A stretch of 64,000 bases of DNA from the human T2T-CHM13v2.0 reference genome, Homo sapiens: assembly GCF_009914755.1 (NCBI RefSeq), contig NC_060944.1; one strand, given 5' to 3'. The notes under the pieces were generated by a model. That model made no database searches and had not been told where the DNA came from. It was given only the letters and a program-made list of their open reading frames with translations. This document shows, piece by piece, positions 1-16,555 of the stretch. Position 1 is the stretch's first letter. Every line of letters begins with the position of its first letter. Both the position numbers and the translations under genes were made by a program.

Positions 1-275
1 TGCGATCCATATGGTCTGTGTTGCAACCTGTCAACTCTGCTACTGTATGAAAGCAGCCATGGGCAATATGTAAATTGATGGGCATGGCCGTGTTCTAATA
101 AAACTATATTTGTGGACACTGAAATTTGAATTTTACATACTTTTCACGTGTCACAAAATATTCTTTTGATTTTTTTTCAACAATTTCAGTGTAAAACCCA
201 TTCTTAGCTTGTGGGTCATATAAAAACTGGTGGCAGGCCAGATTTGGCCTATAGGCTATAGTCAGCTGATCCTTG
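1..275 (-). mobile_element. MER58B-like hAT-Charlie DNA transposon (cut by the window edge)
   Basis: Recognisable MER58 blocks: 'aagcagccat..gtaaat..ggccgtgttctaataaaact', 'gaaatttgaattttacat..ttttcacgtgtcacaaaatatt', ending 'ggccagatttggcc..gctgatccttg'. Confidence 0.75.
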
Positions 276-276
276 T

Positions 277-406
277 ACTAGACCATAAACCTTACAAGGA
301 TAGAATCTTTTCTGCTCACTATCATATACCCAGGACCTGTCGCAGTGCCTCATACACAGTGGCCACTCAAAAAAAATCTGTTGAATGAATGAATGAATGA
401 ATGAAT
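277..406 (+). mobile_element. L2 LINE 3' end with (GAAT)n tail
   Basis: 'ctagaccataaacct..cagtgcct..cactcaaaaa..tgttgaatgaatgaat' is the typical L2 terminus. Confidence 0.7.
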
Positions 407-1321
407 ACAGTCTGTCTATTCTCCTTTGTTTCCTCTTCTCTGAATTTGTCCAAAGAAAATATGAGGTAAGGAAGCTGAGAAAGAGTAATCAGAAGGTATC
501 CAATGCCTTCTCTTGTCTACATCTTAGGTAGGAATTCACAAAGCTTCTGATTTTAGTGAAAAGAAAGATTAAATAAAAGTCTCTGTAAGGGCTTTAGTTG
601 TCAATCTGCCCTGAAGTTCAGAAATACTAAACTCAGAGCTCAAATATGCCAAGAATGTTTTTTTTTTTAAGCCTAAGAATAAATCTAGAATTATAAAGTT
701 GTTTCCTACTTAACCCCAGAGGGTACACTGAGATTAAGTATAATTGTTTATAGTTGTGAGTTAGTAAGGATGTGTTCATAATGCAAAGAACTGCGTGGTT
801 TTAAATGTTCTAAGTTGTGCATTACTTTAAAAATATATGGTAACGAGATATGAATAATTGGTGTTTGGTGAGGTTGAAGTTTCTGTAAAATGTATTTCAG
901 GCTGTGCATTGGAGCTGTAAAAGTGCAACACTGACACCTTCCATGAAAAACCAGGCGGGTGCTGGAGGCCATAACTGAGACAGTGTTGAGCATGGAGGAA
1001 CAGGTCATGTCAATGAGCTTTAACCAATAAAGCATCTTGGAAACATCTGAGAAATCAAAAATATGACTTGCAAAGGGTGATTATATACATGGGGAGGATA
1101 ACTAGGAAAGAGCCTCAAAGGCTAGACCTTCCTTCTGGGATAGGGGAGGAGGATATATGCCCTTTGGGAAGAGAACAGAGCTAGCTAGGCACTTCAGATC
1201 AGAGCTGTGGGTGCTAACAACTAATTTGTGCTGGTTGAAACTTACCATTGTCCAAGACCTTCCCTTTCTGGGTCATTCTTAACAATTACTATTATACTTT
1301 AATAATTCAATATAGAGTATT

Positions 1322-1325
1322 TATA

Positions 1326-1381
<56 letters not shown>
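1322..1381. repeat. (TA)n microsatellite with a short (TG)3 interruption
   Basis: Read directly; more than 20 uninterrupted TA units at 1336-1381. Confidence 0.97.
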
Positions 1382-1382
<1 letters not shown>

Positions 1383-1506
1383 CTTTTTAAATAGAGCTTA
1401 ACTGGATGGAGACATTCACTGTGTTGCTGAAATCCCTTTTATTCAGACCATGATTCCGTTATTGTTTATTTTTTCTGCTTTTCCAGCACTCATTACCTCC
1501 TTCATT

Positions 1507-2078
<572 letters not shown>

Positions 2079-2653
2079 TGAGGGAAGGACCTCTTGAGAA
2101 GGGAGGTATCACAAAGATGGCCACTGCCAATTTACCTTCCCTTGTGGATCTTTTGCTTTCTAATCTTCGCTGTGGTGGGGAATAATCTCTACTCAAAGTG
2201 TTTGGTGGATTACATGAAAAATACACAGCAGGTATTTGGAAGCATTTCCATCTTCCTTTCTTCCTTCTTTCCTCTTTTTCTCCTATCTCTCTTTTCTTCC
2301 CTCCCTCCTTCCTTCTCCCCAACCTTACCTTCCTTTCAAGGAACTTTCCCCAAAGGGAGATTATTTAGGTACAGGCTTGGCAACTTTTTCCCAGTGACTT
2401 CTCTTCCATGGGACTGGGGCAGCCACGGGGCAGTTTCTTGAAGGCTTCAGTGAAGGTGAGATTTGTAGGGCTTTTGTGATCACCTGGAGGATGCAGGGCT
2501 GAGATTGGTAGAGGGTGGAGGTTAAAGGAGCAGATCCTTTTTGGCCATGAAAAAGAACTTTCTAACCAAAGCATTTTTCAATAAAGGCAAGAGCATCTTA
2601 GGTGGTGTTTCCAACCTGGGGCATCCAGCCAAGGATTAATGGCCATCTCTCAG

Positions 2654-3090
2654 TGTATTAGGATTCTCCAGAGAAACAGAATCAATATAATATGTTTGTG
2701 TGGATGTATTTTAAAAACTAATTTATTTTAAGGAATTGACTCACATGATTGTGGAAGCTGGCAAGCCCAAAACCTATAGAGTAGGCTGGCAGGTTCCAGG
2801 CTACCCTGGCACCCAGGGAATAGTTGATATGGCAGCTTGAGTTTGAAGACAGTCTGGAGGCAGAATTTCTTCTTCCCCAGGGTACCACAATCTGTTTTTT
2901 CTTAAGGCCTTCAACTGATTGGATGAGGCCCACTTACATTACAGAAGGTAACCTGCTTTACTCAAGGTCTACTGATTTAAATGTAAATCTCATCTGAAAA
3001 ATACCTTCACAGTAACATCCAGACTGATGTTTGACCAAACGTCTGCGTACTGTGGACTAACCAGGTTAACATATAAAATTAACCATCATG
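2654..3090 (-). mobile_element. MLT2 (MLT2D-like) 3' LTR of an ERVL provirus
   Basis: Starts 'tgtattaggattctccagagaaacaga' and ends 'aaaattaaccatcatg'; abuts a PPT-like sequence (rc 'caagggtagac'). Confidence 0.88.
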
Positions 3091-5130
3091 AGTCTACCCT
3101 TGTCAACTTCGTGCCCATTCACATTTCTGTAAGTCATTTTAATCTCCAAATAGAGACAATAACAAGATTATGCTTCTGCCTAACATGATACAACCGTCCT
3201 GTGTGCAACTGAAAACATGCTAACCCTTTCTCCGGAAAATACAAAGTCTTTGAGTGATACTTTTCTTCATGATATCCCGTAGCTTAAGTACTATGATGTA
3301 AAGTTAACAATACGTAAATACCGTGATATAAAGTCAACACGTTACATGACAAGGGGAGAAAAAAGGGAAGAAAACAAAGATATTTGCTTCTTACATACAT
3401 GCAAACTTTCCATAAAAAATAAGGAATAAAAACTCATGATAATTATGTTTCCCATTTCTATAGCTGGTCACAGCTGGTGTTTATAACTACCTTCTTCTGT
3501 CCGTTCTGTATTTCCTTTGCCCTTGACAAGCACCTCAGCTAGTTGTGGCTTTTGACTTGCTGGGGTGACTCTAACCTTCATTTCTGAAGGGTCCAGGTCA
3601 TTAGTCCTAGGATGGGGTTGTTACAGTTTTGCACTGACTTTAATCACAAGGCATGATAATACTAAGTGATGCTCTCAGGAATCTCTTATATTCCAAACAC
3701 ACTCTTCCTTACCTACATTGTGGAATAGCAGTCCGATTTCCCCTTGGTAGTCAGGATTAATCAGCCCAGCCAGCATAGTAACTTTCTTACTTGCTGTTGC
3801 TTCAGAGGCAGGAGAATCCCAGAGTAGCGGTTTTAACTTCTAGTTCAACAGGATTGTTGGGTCTCCTGATGAAAGTGTTCCTCCCCTTAGAACCAGGACC
3901 TCTAGGCCAGCATAGCATAAGGTTGCAGAAACAAGCAAAAATTTTGATAGTGGGTCACTAGGGGAAATCGTGAGTGGCGTCACTCTCATTCCCACTCCTG
4001 GATTCCTGAACCCATGAATTCTGGCTATGGGAGAAACAGCACCATATATTGGACACTGATTCAGAGCTTCTACAGCCTCCTGGGGAACCCTGCCCTAGCC
4101 TTGCAAGGTATTGTCACCTAGCTGGGGCTGTAACTAAACCTTCAAAAGTTCATTCTACTATTCTGTCAAGCCAACTGCATTAGAATGGTGGGAAACATGG
4201 TTAAACCAGTGAATTTCATGAGTGTGGGAAGTGAGTTCCCTGATCAGAAGCAGTGCTGCGTGGAACACCATGATGGTGGATGATACATCCTGTAAACCCA
4301 TGGATGGTAGTTTTGGCAGAAGCACTGCATGTAGGGAAGGCAAATTTGTATCAAAAATAAGTTTCTATTCCAATAAGAAACAATTCTGCCTCTTCTGTGG
4401 TGGAAGGGGTTCAGTGTAATCAGCCTGTCACCAGGTAGCTGGCTGATCTCCCTGGGAAATGATGCCATCTGGGGAGTCAGTGTTGGTCTCTGTTGCTGGC
4501 AGACTGGGTATGCAGTGATAGCCATAGCCAGGTTAGTCTTACCGAGTGGAAGTCCATGTTGCTAGGTCTGTGCGTGACCTCCATCTCTGCTACCATGACC
4601 ACTTAGTTCATGAGCCTGTTGGGCAATATCAGGGGTGTCTTGGGAAAGAGGCTGACTAGTAGCCACAAAATGGGTTATCCAATCCACTTGACTATTACAA
4701 TCTTCGTCTGCTGAGGCCACTGTTTGATGAGTATTCAAATGGGACATAATTCCTTTAACATTTTTTGCCAATCCAGAGAGGTCTATCCACATACCTCTTC
4801 TCCAGACCTTGTCCTATTTTCCAATCATGGTCAAGTCCCTTACCTTATAGCGAAACCATTGGTCACAGCCCATGAATCAGTACCCAGCCACACATCTGAC
4901 TATTTCTTTTTCCAAGTGAAATGAACAACCACGTGTGCTGCTTGAAGTTCTGCCCACTGAGAGAATTTCTCTTCACCACTGTGCTTCAGGGATGTCCCAG
5001 AGTGGGGCTGTAGCACTGCTGCTGTCCATTTCCAAGTGATGCCTGCATATCGTGCAGAACCATCTGTAAATCAGGATTATTTTCTTTTTCTCTGTGAAGG
5101 GATCCTATGGAACTCCCCATGAGACACACT
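3091..5130 (-). pseudogene. pol: ERVL internal region: decayed pol (RNase H-integrase) and dUTPase
   Basis: ORF 4562-4792 'MWIDLS..SHLNTHQ..AHELSGHGSRDGG' and ORF 4244-4525 'VCQQQRPTL' match the ERVL RNase H and integrase Zn finger; the minus strand at ~3717-3770 reads AGLINPDYQGEIGLLFHN (dUTPase motif 3). Many frameshifts and stops. Confidence 0.88.
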
Positions 5131-5283
5131 CACATTATGGAGGGTAATCTGCTTTACTCACAGTCTGATTTAAATGTTAATCTCATCTAAAATACCTATT
5201 CACAACAACATCCAGACTTATATTTGCCCAAATATCTGGGTACCATGGCCCAGCCAAGGTGACAAATAAAATTAACCATCACG
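5131..5283 (-). mobile_element. Partial MLT2 5' LTR of the same ERVL provirus
   Basis: Paralogous to ~2935-3090 ('gtaatctgctttactca..ctgatttaaatgttaatctcatct..aaaattaaccatcac'); outer 5-bp TSD ctcag/atcag. Confidence 0.85.
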
Positions 5284-5449
5284 ATCAGGGATGCAATAGA
5301 GGGGGCTTCTGTTCAGGGAGGCAGTCTGGACTAAGCTTCCAAGAGGACTTCTGGCTTGCAAATTGCAATCTCTGATTTGTTCAGCTAATGCTACCGCCAG
5401 GTGCTCCTCCCTTCAGTGTGGACCTAGAAAAGGTATTCTTTCTCTATGG

Positions 5450-5634
5450 CAGTGGTTCTTAAGCTCTTCAGTGCATGAGAATCACCTGAAGGACTTGTTG
5501 AAACACCAATTGTGGGGCTGCATCATGAATTTCTGATTTAGCAGTTTGGGGATGAGCCTCCAAATCTGCATTTGTAACACATTCCCAGGGGTTGCTGATG
5601 CCGCTGGCCCAGGGACCACTCTTTGAGAACCCCT
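5450..5634 (-). mobile_element. MER5A hAT-Charlie MITE
   Basis: TIR-like ends 'cagtggttctt..' and '..tttgagaacc'; core 'agaatcacctg..cttgtt'. Confidence 0.8.
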
Positions 5635-5669
5635 CTCCTATGGGTTCACTAATTTCATGAATGATAACT

Positions 5670-5798
5670 GGTGTATTGTTGAAAAAGCACCAGGCTAGGA
5701 GATAGGAGACCTGAGTTCTTGCCACTTGCTACTTCATCTAGCTGTGAGTATGTGGGCAAGTCACTTGCCCTCTCTGGGCTTTCCTCATCCCTAAAAAG
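5670..5798 (+). mobile_element. MIR SINE fragment
   Basis: MIR core 'ctagctgtg..gggcaagtcacttgccctctctgggctttcctcatc'. Confidence 0.7.
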
Positions 5799-7305
5799 AG
5801 ACAAGTCACTGGTGTCTATCTTTTTAGGACAGTGGGCCTCCTTCAATCAGCTTTCCTTTTGGTGGGCACCATGATTTTGAGGGATTATTTTTTCCCCAGA
5901 AATACAATGTGTATTTAAATAGTAGCCTGGGTAGACTGATTTATGGCAAATACCTAATTTTCTTTGGTCTTTTTTGAAATAAAAACAGTAGCTCAGGGAT
6001 CTCTGCATCCATAACCACTAAATTAAATGATATTTACAATTTCCTCTCATAGCTCAAAGAATGTGACGTTCGAGAACAATCAGGACACAATGCCAAGCCT
6101 TAACTTTTGGGATGATTATGAGCTTTGGTGCCTGCTGAGGTTGCCAATAGCTTGTTGAGGATGCTGTCTGGGGCATTTCAGGTTATTAGCTGGGAATTTG
6201 ACTACGTGGCTTTCGAGGTTTCTTAGCTCTAAGACCATGGTTTTCGGCCCCCACAGACTCTTCCAGGTCATCCCTTGGGGCCCACAGTTGAGAGTTTAGA
6301 GTTGGTGCTAATTCAAAGGTTTTAGGGTTCATCTTCCAGGCATGTTCTTCAGGAGGAGCATTAGCGTCTCAAAGAGATTAACGAGTTAAATGAGTGTAGG
6401 TGCTTCCTGTTAGACTTTTGTTAAGCAGAATGAGCTCAGATGTGTCCTATGTTGATAAATATATCACCTGAGCCTCACACACCCAGAAGGGATGACTGCT
6501 GAACATCTGGGCCTCTGCTAGCTGCTGGAATCCCTGCCTATGCTGGTTGGCAACACCTCTGTACTCACATCTTTTCCAGCTAAGTGAACGGTTAGCTTAT
6601 GCTAAAAACACGTGTGAGTGTGATCATTTGTGTGCAACGCATGGAGTCGAACCGCTACCATTTGGTAGGGTGGGGGAGGGGAAGGTTGCTGTTTTGAATA
6701 TGCTTTTCTTTGAAAGCATGAAAAACCAAATGTGTCTGTGAATTGGAGTACATTTTAGAGACTTTCCCTATACATTCAAGTTCATAAGATCCTTTTTTAT
6801 ACAAGTGTTTTCTAAGCACTAACTGCCTCCCAGGTTCAATGTGAACTCCTGAGAAAATGTCATTTTGGCCCCAGTTCCTCACAGTTGAGCAAGGCAGCCA
6901 GTCTAAACAGACATTAACGGAAATGCAGAAAGCTAAAGTGGGGACTGATGAGGAAGAAAATTACCTCCCTGGGGGCTGTCAGGAAAAGCTGCTCTTCAGA
7001 CCAGCTAAATAGCTAACTTTGGGACTGATACAAGCAAGGTAAGCCTTTCAAATGGGAAAATCAATGGATGTTTTAATGCTGGCTCTTTGAAGGATGTGGT
7101 ACTCACCAAGCCAAGGAGGGGAGCATTTCCAGCAGAGGGAGCAGCATGTACAAACCGCCAGTTGTTTTGGATGGGTCAAGAAGCCGTGTAGCTGAGTATG
7201 GAGGGAAGCTGGGGTAGGTGAGAGTGAGCACAGGAAATCAGGAAAATCAAGACCACACTGCAGCATTTCTTTTGTGTCATGCTACAGATGTGTCATACTA
7301 GAGAG

Positions 7306-7802
<497 letters not shown>

Positions 7803-8898
7803 TTTATAGAGTTTGGATCTCTGAGCAATAGAGTATTCCTGAGAATTTTCTAAGAAGGAGTATTACAAAGTCAGACATGCATTTTGGAAGAAGCATTATG
7901 AAGAAATTGTGGCAACCATGCTGGAGTGGGTAGTCAGGGGACGGGCAGGTCAGTTACACAGTGGTTGAAATGGTTGAAGCAACTGAGAATGGGTGAGGCC
8001 TGAACTAGGTGGTTTAAAAGTGTGAGAGGTGCTGGGTTTTCAGCCTGGAGTGTGGGCTCCATCTTATCAGCCTATTCTGGCATTGAGTTTCGCCCTCCTG
8101 GCCTAGTGAGTCATTCTGCAGGTGGGATCACTGAGGCTTTGAGTCACGTGCCAGGTCATTCAAAAGGCAAAGCACTGTCTCTCAATGAGAGGCAAAAGAT
8201 AGTATTTTTACCCAAATTCTGCAGGATGATCTATTGTGGTTTTCATTTTCTCAGCACATTTTATTCAATTTTACTAGGTCATTTAGCAAATAATTTTAAT
8301 TTTCTGCTTAGATCAGAATTTCAGAAAGTAATGTACTGTTGTACTATTAATGGGTCCTCTAATAAGCTCCACTAGAATGCAATTTGCAAATCATTCACAA
8401 ACATAACTGTCACTCTGCCTGGTTGTCAATTAACACACTCCTCTGTCATTCTCCTTGAGAGGGCCCAGAGATTTCTGGGAGACTCCTGTACCTGGCTGGG
8501 CCTCCCGTGAGCCTCTGTGAAAGGGGAAAGCAGATAAGGGAGTCAGAACTCATTTCAATGTTGAGCTGTGGCACCTGCTGCATTCTTGTTTCCCACTGCG
8601 GGGCAGCTGGTTCCTAATCTCAAAACTGAATCGCACCTTGGGTTGCATGGATCAAGTAATTGTAACAACTTAGCAGGTTAAACATCCAGGCATGTGGGGA
8701 TTTCAGCTGCAGGATGGTGGTGGATGAAGAGTAGGAGAAGGAGCAAAATTTACTAAACACAGCTTTATGCCAAAACTGCATTAGGACATTCTTTTTATTG
8801 ATATTATTTTTAATACAAATAATACATTAATACAAGTTTTTTTGGCAATTTATTTTAGCAATAAATAATTTGCCTCTTACTCTGCTAACAAGTTAAAA

Positions 8899-9083
8899 CA
8901 GGGGTTGGCAAACTATGTCCATAGGACAAATCTATCCCACAGAGTGTTTCTGTAAGTAAAGTTTCATTGGAACACAGCCACATCCTTTCAGTTACACATT
9001 ATCTATGGCTGCTTTCCTCCTGCAATTGCAAAGTTGAATAGTTGTGACAAAGCCTCACGAAGCTGAAAATATTTGCTGTGTGG

Positions 9084-9086
<3 letters not shown>
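8899..9086 (+). mobile_element. MER58A, interrupted near its end by the full-length L1
   Basis: 'caggggttggcaaactat..aaagtttcattggaacacagcca..ctgaaaatattt'; remainder at ~15252-15270. Confidence 0.8.

Positions 9087-9126
<40 letters not shown>
9087..9126. repeat. (AT)20 microsatellite at the L1 poly(A) tail
   Basis: Read directly, between the TSD and the poly-T. Confidence 0.95.
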
Positions 9127-9140
<14 letters not shown>

Positions 9141-9346
9141 ATATTATACTTCAAGTTCTAGGGTACATGTGCACAACGTGCAGGTTTGTTACATATGTAT
9201 ACGTGTGCCATGTTGGTGTGCTGCACCCATTAACTTGTCATTTATATTAGGTATATCTCCTAATACTATCCCTCCCCGCTCCCCCCACCCCACAACAGGC
9301 CCCGGTGTGTGATGTTCCGCTTCCTGTGTCCAAGTGTTCTCATTGT

Positions 9347-13145
<3,799 letters not shown>

Positions 13146-13208
13146 TATGATATTAGCTGGTTATTTTGCTCGTTAGTTGATGCAGTTTCTTCCTAGCATC
13201 GATGGTCT

Positions 13209-14216
13209 TTACAATTTGGCATGTTTTTGCAGTGGCTGGTACCAGTTGTTCCTTTCCATGTTTAGTGCTTCCTTCAGGAGCTGTTTTAGGGCAGGCCTGG
13301 TGGTGACAAAATCTCTCAGCAGTTGCTTGTCTGTAAAGTATTTTATTTCTCCTTCACTTATGAAGCTTAGTTTGGCTGGATATGAATTTCTGGTTTGAAA
13401 ATTCTTTTCTTTAAGAATGTTGAATATTGGTCCCCACTCTCTTCTGGCTTGTAGAGTTTCTGCCGAGAGATCAGCTGTTAGTCTGATGGGCTTCCCTTTG
13501 TGGGTAACCCGACCTTTCTCTCTGGCTGCCTTTAACATGTTTTCCTTCATTTCAACTTTGGTGAATCTGACAATTATGTGTCTTGAAGTTGCTCTTCTCA
13601 GGGAGTATCTTTGTGGCGTTCTCTGTATTTCTTGAATTTTAATGTTGGCCTGCCTCGCTAGGTTGGGGAAGTTCTCCTGGATAATATCCTGAAGAGTGTT
13701 TTCCAACTTGGTTCCATTCTCCCCGTCACTTTCAGGTACACCAATCAGACGTAGATTTGGTCTTTGCACATAGTCTCATATTCCTTGGAGGCTTTGTTCG
13801 TTTCTTTTTTCTCTAAACTTCTCTTTTCACTTCATTTCATTCATTTGATCTTCAGTGGCTGATACCCTTTCTTCCAGTTGATTGAATTGGCTGCTGAAGC
13901 TTGTGCATTCATCATGTAGTTCTTGTGCCATGGTTTTCAGCTCCATCAAGTCCTTTAAGGACTTCTCTGCATTGGTTATTCTAGTTAGCCATTCATCTAA
14001 TCTTTTTTCAAGGCTTTTAACTTCTTTGCGATGGGTTCGAACTTCCTCCTTTAGCTTGGGGAAGTTTGATCTTCTGAAGCCTTCTTCTCTCAGCTCGTCA
14101 AAGTCATTCTCTGTCCAGCTTTGTTCCATTGCTGGTGAGCAGCTGCGTTCCTTTGGAGGAGGAGAGGCACTCTGATTTTTAGAATTTTCAGTTTTTCTGC
14201 TCTGTTTTTTCCCCAT
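13209..14216 (-). pseudogene. ORF1: L1 ORF1 (RNA-binding chaperone), disrupted
   Basis: MGKKQSRKTENSK.. ends in a premature TGA at 13827-13829; C-terminal half (RPNLRLIGVPE..ARREWG..YPAKLSF) at 13209-13769. Confidence 0.95.
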
Positions 14217-15238
14217 CTTTGTGGTTTTATCTACCTTTGGTCTTTGATGATGGTGACGTACAGATGGGGTTTTGGTGTGGATGTCCTTTTTGTTTGTTAG
14301 TTTTCCTTCTAACAGTCAGGATCCTCAGCTGCAGGTCTGTTGGAGTTTTCTGGAGGTCCACACCAGACCCTGTTTGCCTGGGTATCAGCAGCGGAGACTG
14401 CAGAACAGCGAATATTGCAGAACAGCAAATGTTGCTGCCTGATCGTTCCTCTGCAAGTTTCCTCTCAGAGGCGTACCCGGCCGTGTGAGGTGTCAGTCTG
14501 CCCCTACTGGGGGGTGCCTCCCAGTTAGGCTACTTGGGGGTCAGGGAACCACTTGAGGAGGCAGTCTGTACCTTCTCAGATCTCAAACTCTGTGCTGGGA
14601 GAACCACTACTCTCTTCAAAGCTGTCAGACAGGGACATTTAAGTCTGCAGAGGTTTCTGCTGCCTTTTGTTCAGCTATGCCCTGCCCCCAGAGGTGGAGT
14701 CTACAGAGGCAGGCGGGCCTCCTTGAGCTGTGGTGGGCTCCACCCAGTTTGAGCACCCCGCAGCTTTGTTTACCTACTCAAGCCTCAGCAATGGTGGGTG
14801 CCCCTCCCCCAGCCTCTCTGCCACCTTGCAGCTCAATCTCAGACTGCTGTGCTAGCAATGAGGGAGGCTCCGTCGGCATGGGACCCTCCGAGCCAGGCGT
14901 GGGATATAATCTCCTGGTGTGCCGTTTGCTAAGGCCATTGGAAAAGTGCAGTAGGGTGGGAGTGACCTGATTTTCCAGGTGCCTTCCATCACAGCTTTGC
15001 TTGGCTAGGAAAGGGAATTCCCTACCCCTTGTGCTTCCCAGGTGAGGCAATGCCCCGCCCTGCTTCGGCTCACGCTTGGCGGGCTGCACCCACTGTCCTG
15101 CACCACTGTCTGACAAGACCCAGTGAGATGGACCTGGTACCTCAGTTGGAAATGCAGAAATCACCCGTCTTCTGCGTTGCTCATGCTGCGAGCTGTAGAC
15201 TGGAGCTGTTCCTATTCGGCCATCTTGGAACCCATCTC
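14217..15238 (-). promoter_or_regulatory. L1 5'UTR: sense promoter (minus strand) and antisense promoter (plus strand)
   Basis: YY1 site rc CAAGATGGCC at 15218-15227; retains the ~129-bp segment (14345-14473) missing from younger L1s; promoter activity is inferred, not shown. Confidence 0.75.
14677..14970 (+). CDS. ORF0: L1 antisense ORF0 homologue (canonical ATG 14791) with a 38-aa N-terminal extension and a premature stop
   Basis: MVGAPPPASLPPCSSISDCCASN..GPSEPGVGY..RVGVT* matches primate L1 ORF0; translation unproven. Confidence 0.5.
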   Translation: MPCPQRWSLQRQAGLLELWWAPPSLSTPQLCLPTQASAMVGAPPPASLPPCSSISDCCASNEGGSVGMGPSEPGVGYNLLVCRLLRPLEKCSRVGVT

Positions 15239-15549
15239 TGCTATGTGGTTCTTAATGGAAGTTCGCCTAGTTAAGGATATGGACTCTCAAATTTTTTATA
15301 CTAATTTATATAGCAGACGTATTCACAGACTCTATTTCATTTTGTATATAATTGGGATTACACCATATGCATTTTTCTGAGACGGTTTTTTTCCTTTCGA
15401 TTATATGCCTTGGGGATCATTCCATGGTAGAATATTATTTTATTTATTTATATTTTGTGGCTACATAGGAAGTTATATTGTAAATATCTTATAATTTATG
15501 CTTTCTTTTTTGTATTTTTGTCAATTATCTTCATTGTTTTTTAAAATAA

Positions 15550-15700
15550 CTATCTTATTTTGGAATAATTTTAGATTTACAGAAAATTTGCAAAGAGGAA
15601 ACAGTTTCTATACCCATGTCACCCAGTTTCTCCTAATCGTTAACAGCTTATTTTACCATGGTATATTTGTCATACTAAGAAACCAACATTGGTACTATTT
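15550..15700 (-). mobile_element. L1MC-like 3' end fragment
   Basis: 'aattttagatttacagaaaatttgcaa..cacccagtttctcct..catggtatatttgtc'. Confidence 0.55.
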
Positions 15701-16080
15701 ATTCATTTTTAATTATACAAGTAACGCATACAAAAATCTTTCTCTTTGTGAAAATAGGCAGAATAGGTTCAAATTCCCTTTGCCCTGCCATCCTAATCTC
15801 AGGACCTTTATTCCAATCCCTGCCCCAACTCTATTTGGTATTTATCCTTCCAGGCTCGTGGTAGTCCATTTTGTATTGCTCTAAAGGAATACCTGAGACT
15901 GGGTAATTTACAAAGAAAAGGGGTTTATTTGGCTCACAGTTCTACCGTCTTTATGAGAAGCATGGCATCTGCTTCTGGTGGGGTCTCAGAAAACTTGGAC
16001 TCATGACAGAAGGCAAACAGGTAGTTGGCATATCGCATGGCAAGAGGGGGAGCAAGAGAGAGGGGAGGAGGTGCCAAGCT

Positions 16081-16555
16081 TATTTATTTATTTATTTATT
16101 ATTATACTTTAAGTTCTGGGGTATATGTGCAGAACATGCAGGTTTGTTACATAGGTATACACGTGCGATGATGGTTTGCTGCACCCCATCAACCCGTCAT
16201 CTGCATTAGGTATTTCTCCTAATGCTATCCCTCCCCTAGGCCCCCACCCCCTGACAGGCCCCGGTGTGTGATGTTCTCCTCCCTGTGTCCATGTGTTCTC
16301 ATTGTTCAACTCCCAATTATGAGTGAGAACATGCGGTGTTTGGTTTTCTGTTTGGTTTGTGTTAGTTTGCTGAGAATGATGATTTCCAGCTTCATCCATG
16401 TCCCTACAAAGGACATGAACCCATCCTTTTTTATGGCTGCATAGTATTCCATGGTGTATATGTGCCCCATTTTCTTTAGCCCGTCTAACATTGATGGGCA
16501 TTTGGGTTGGTTCCAAGTCTTTGCTATGGTGAACAGTGCTGCAATAAACATACGT
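16081..16555 (-). mobile_element. 5'-truncated L1PA7-like 3' end
   Basis: (TTTA)n tail, 'aagttctggggtatatgtgcagaac..ataggtatacacgtg', ORF2 C-terminal peptide at 16306-16551. Confidence 0.92.

Noticed and set aside
901-1003. Exon-like segment (tttcag|...cag|gtcatg)
   Set aside because: Weak donor, stops in all frames and no other support.
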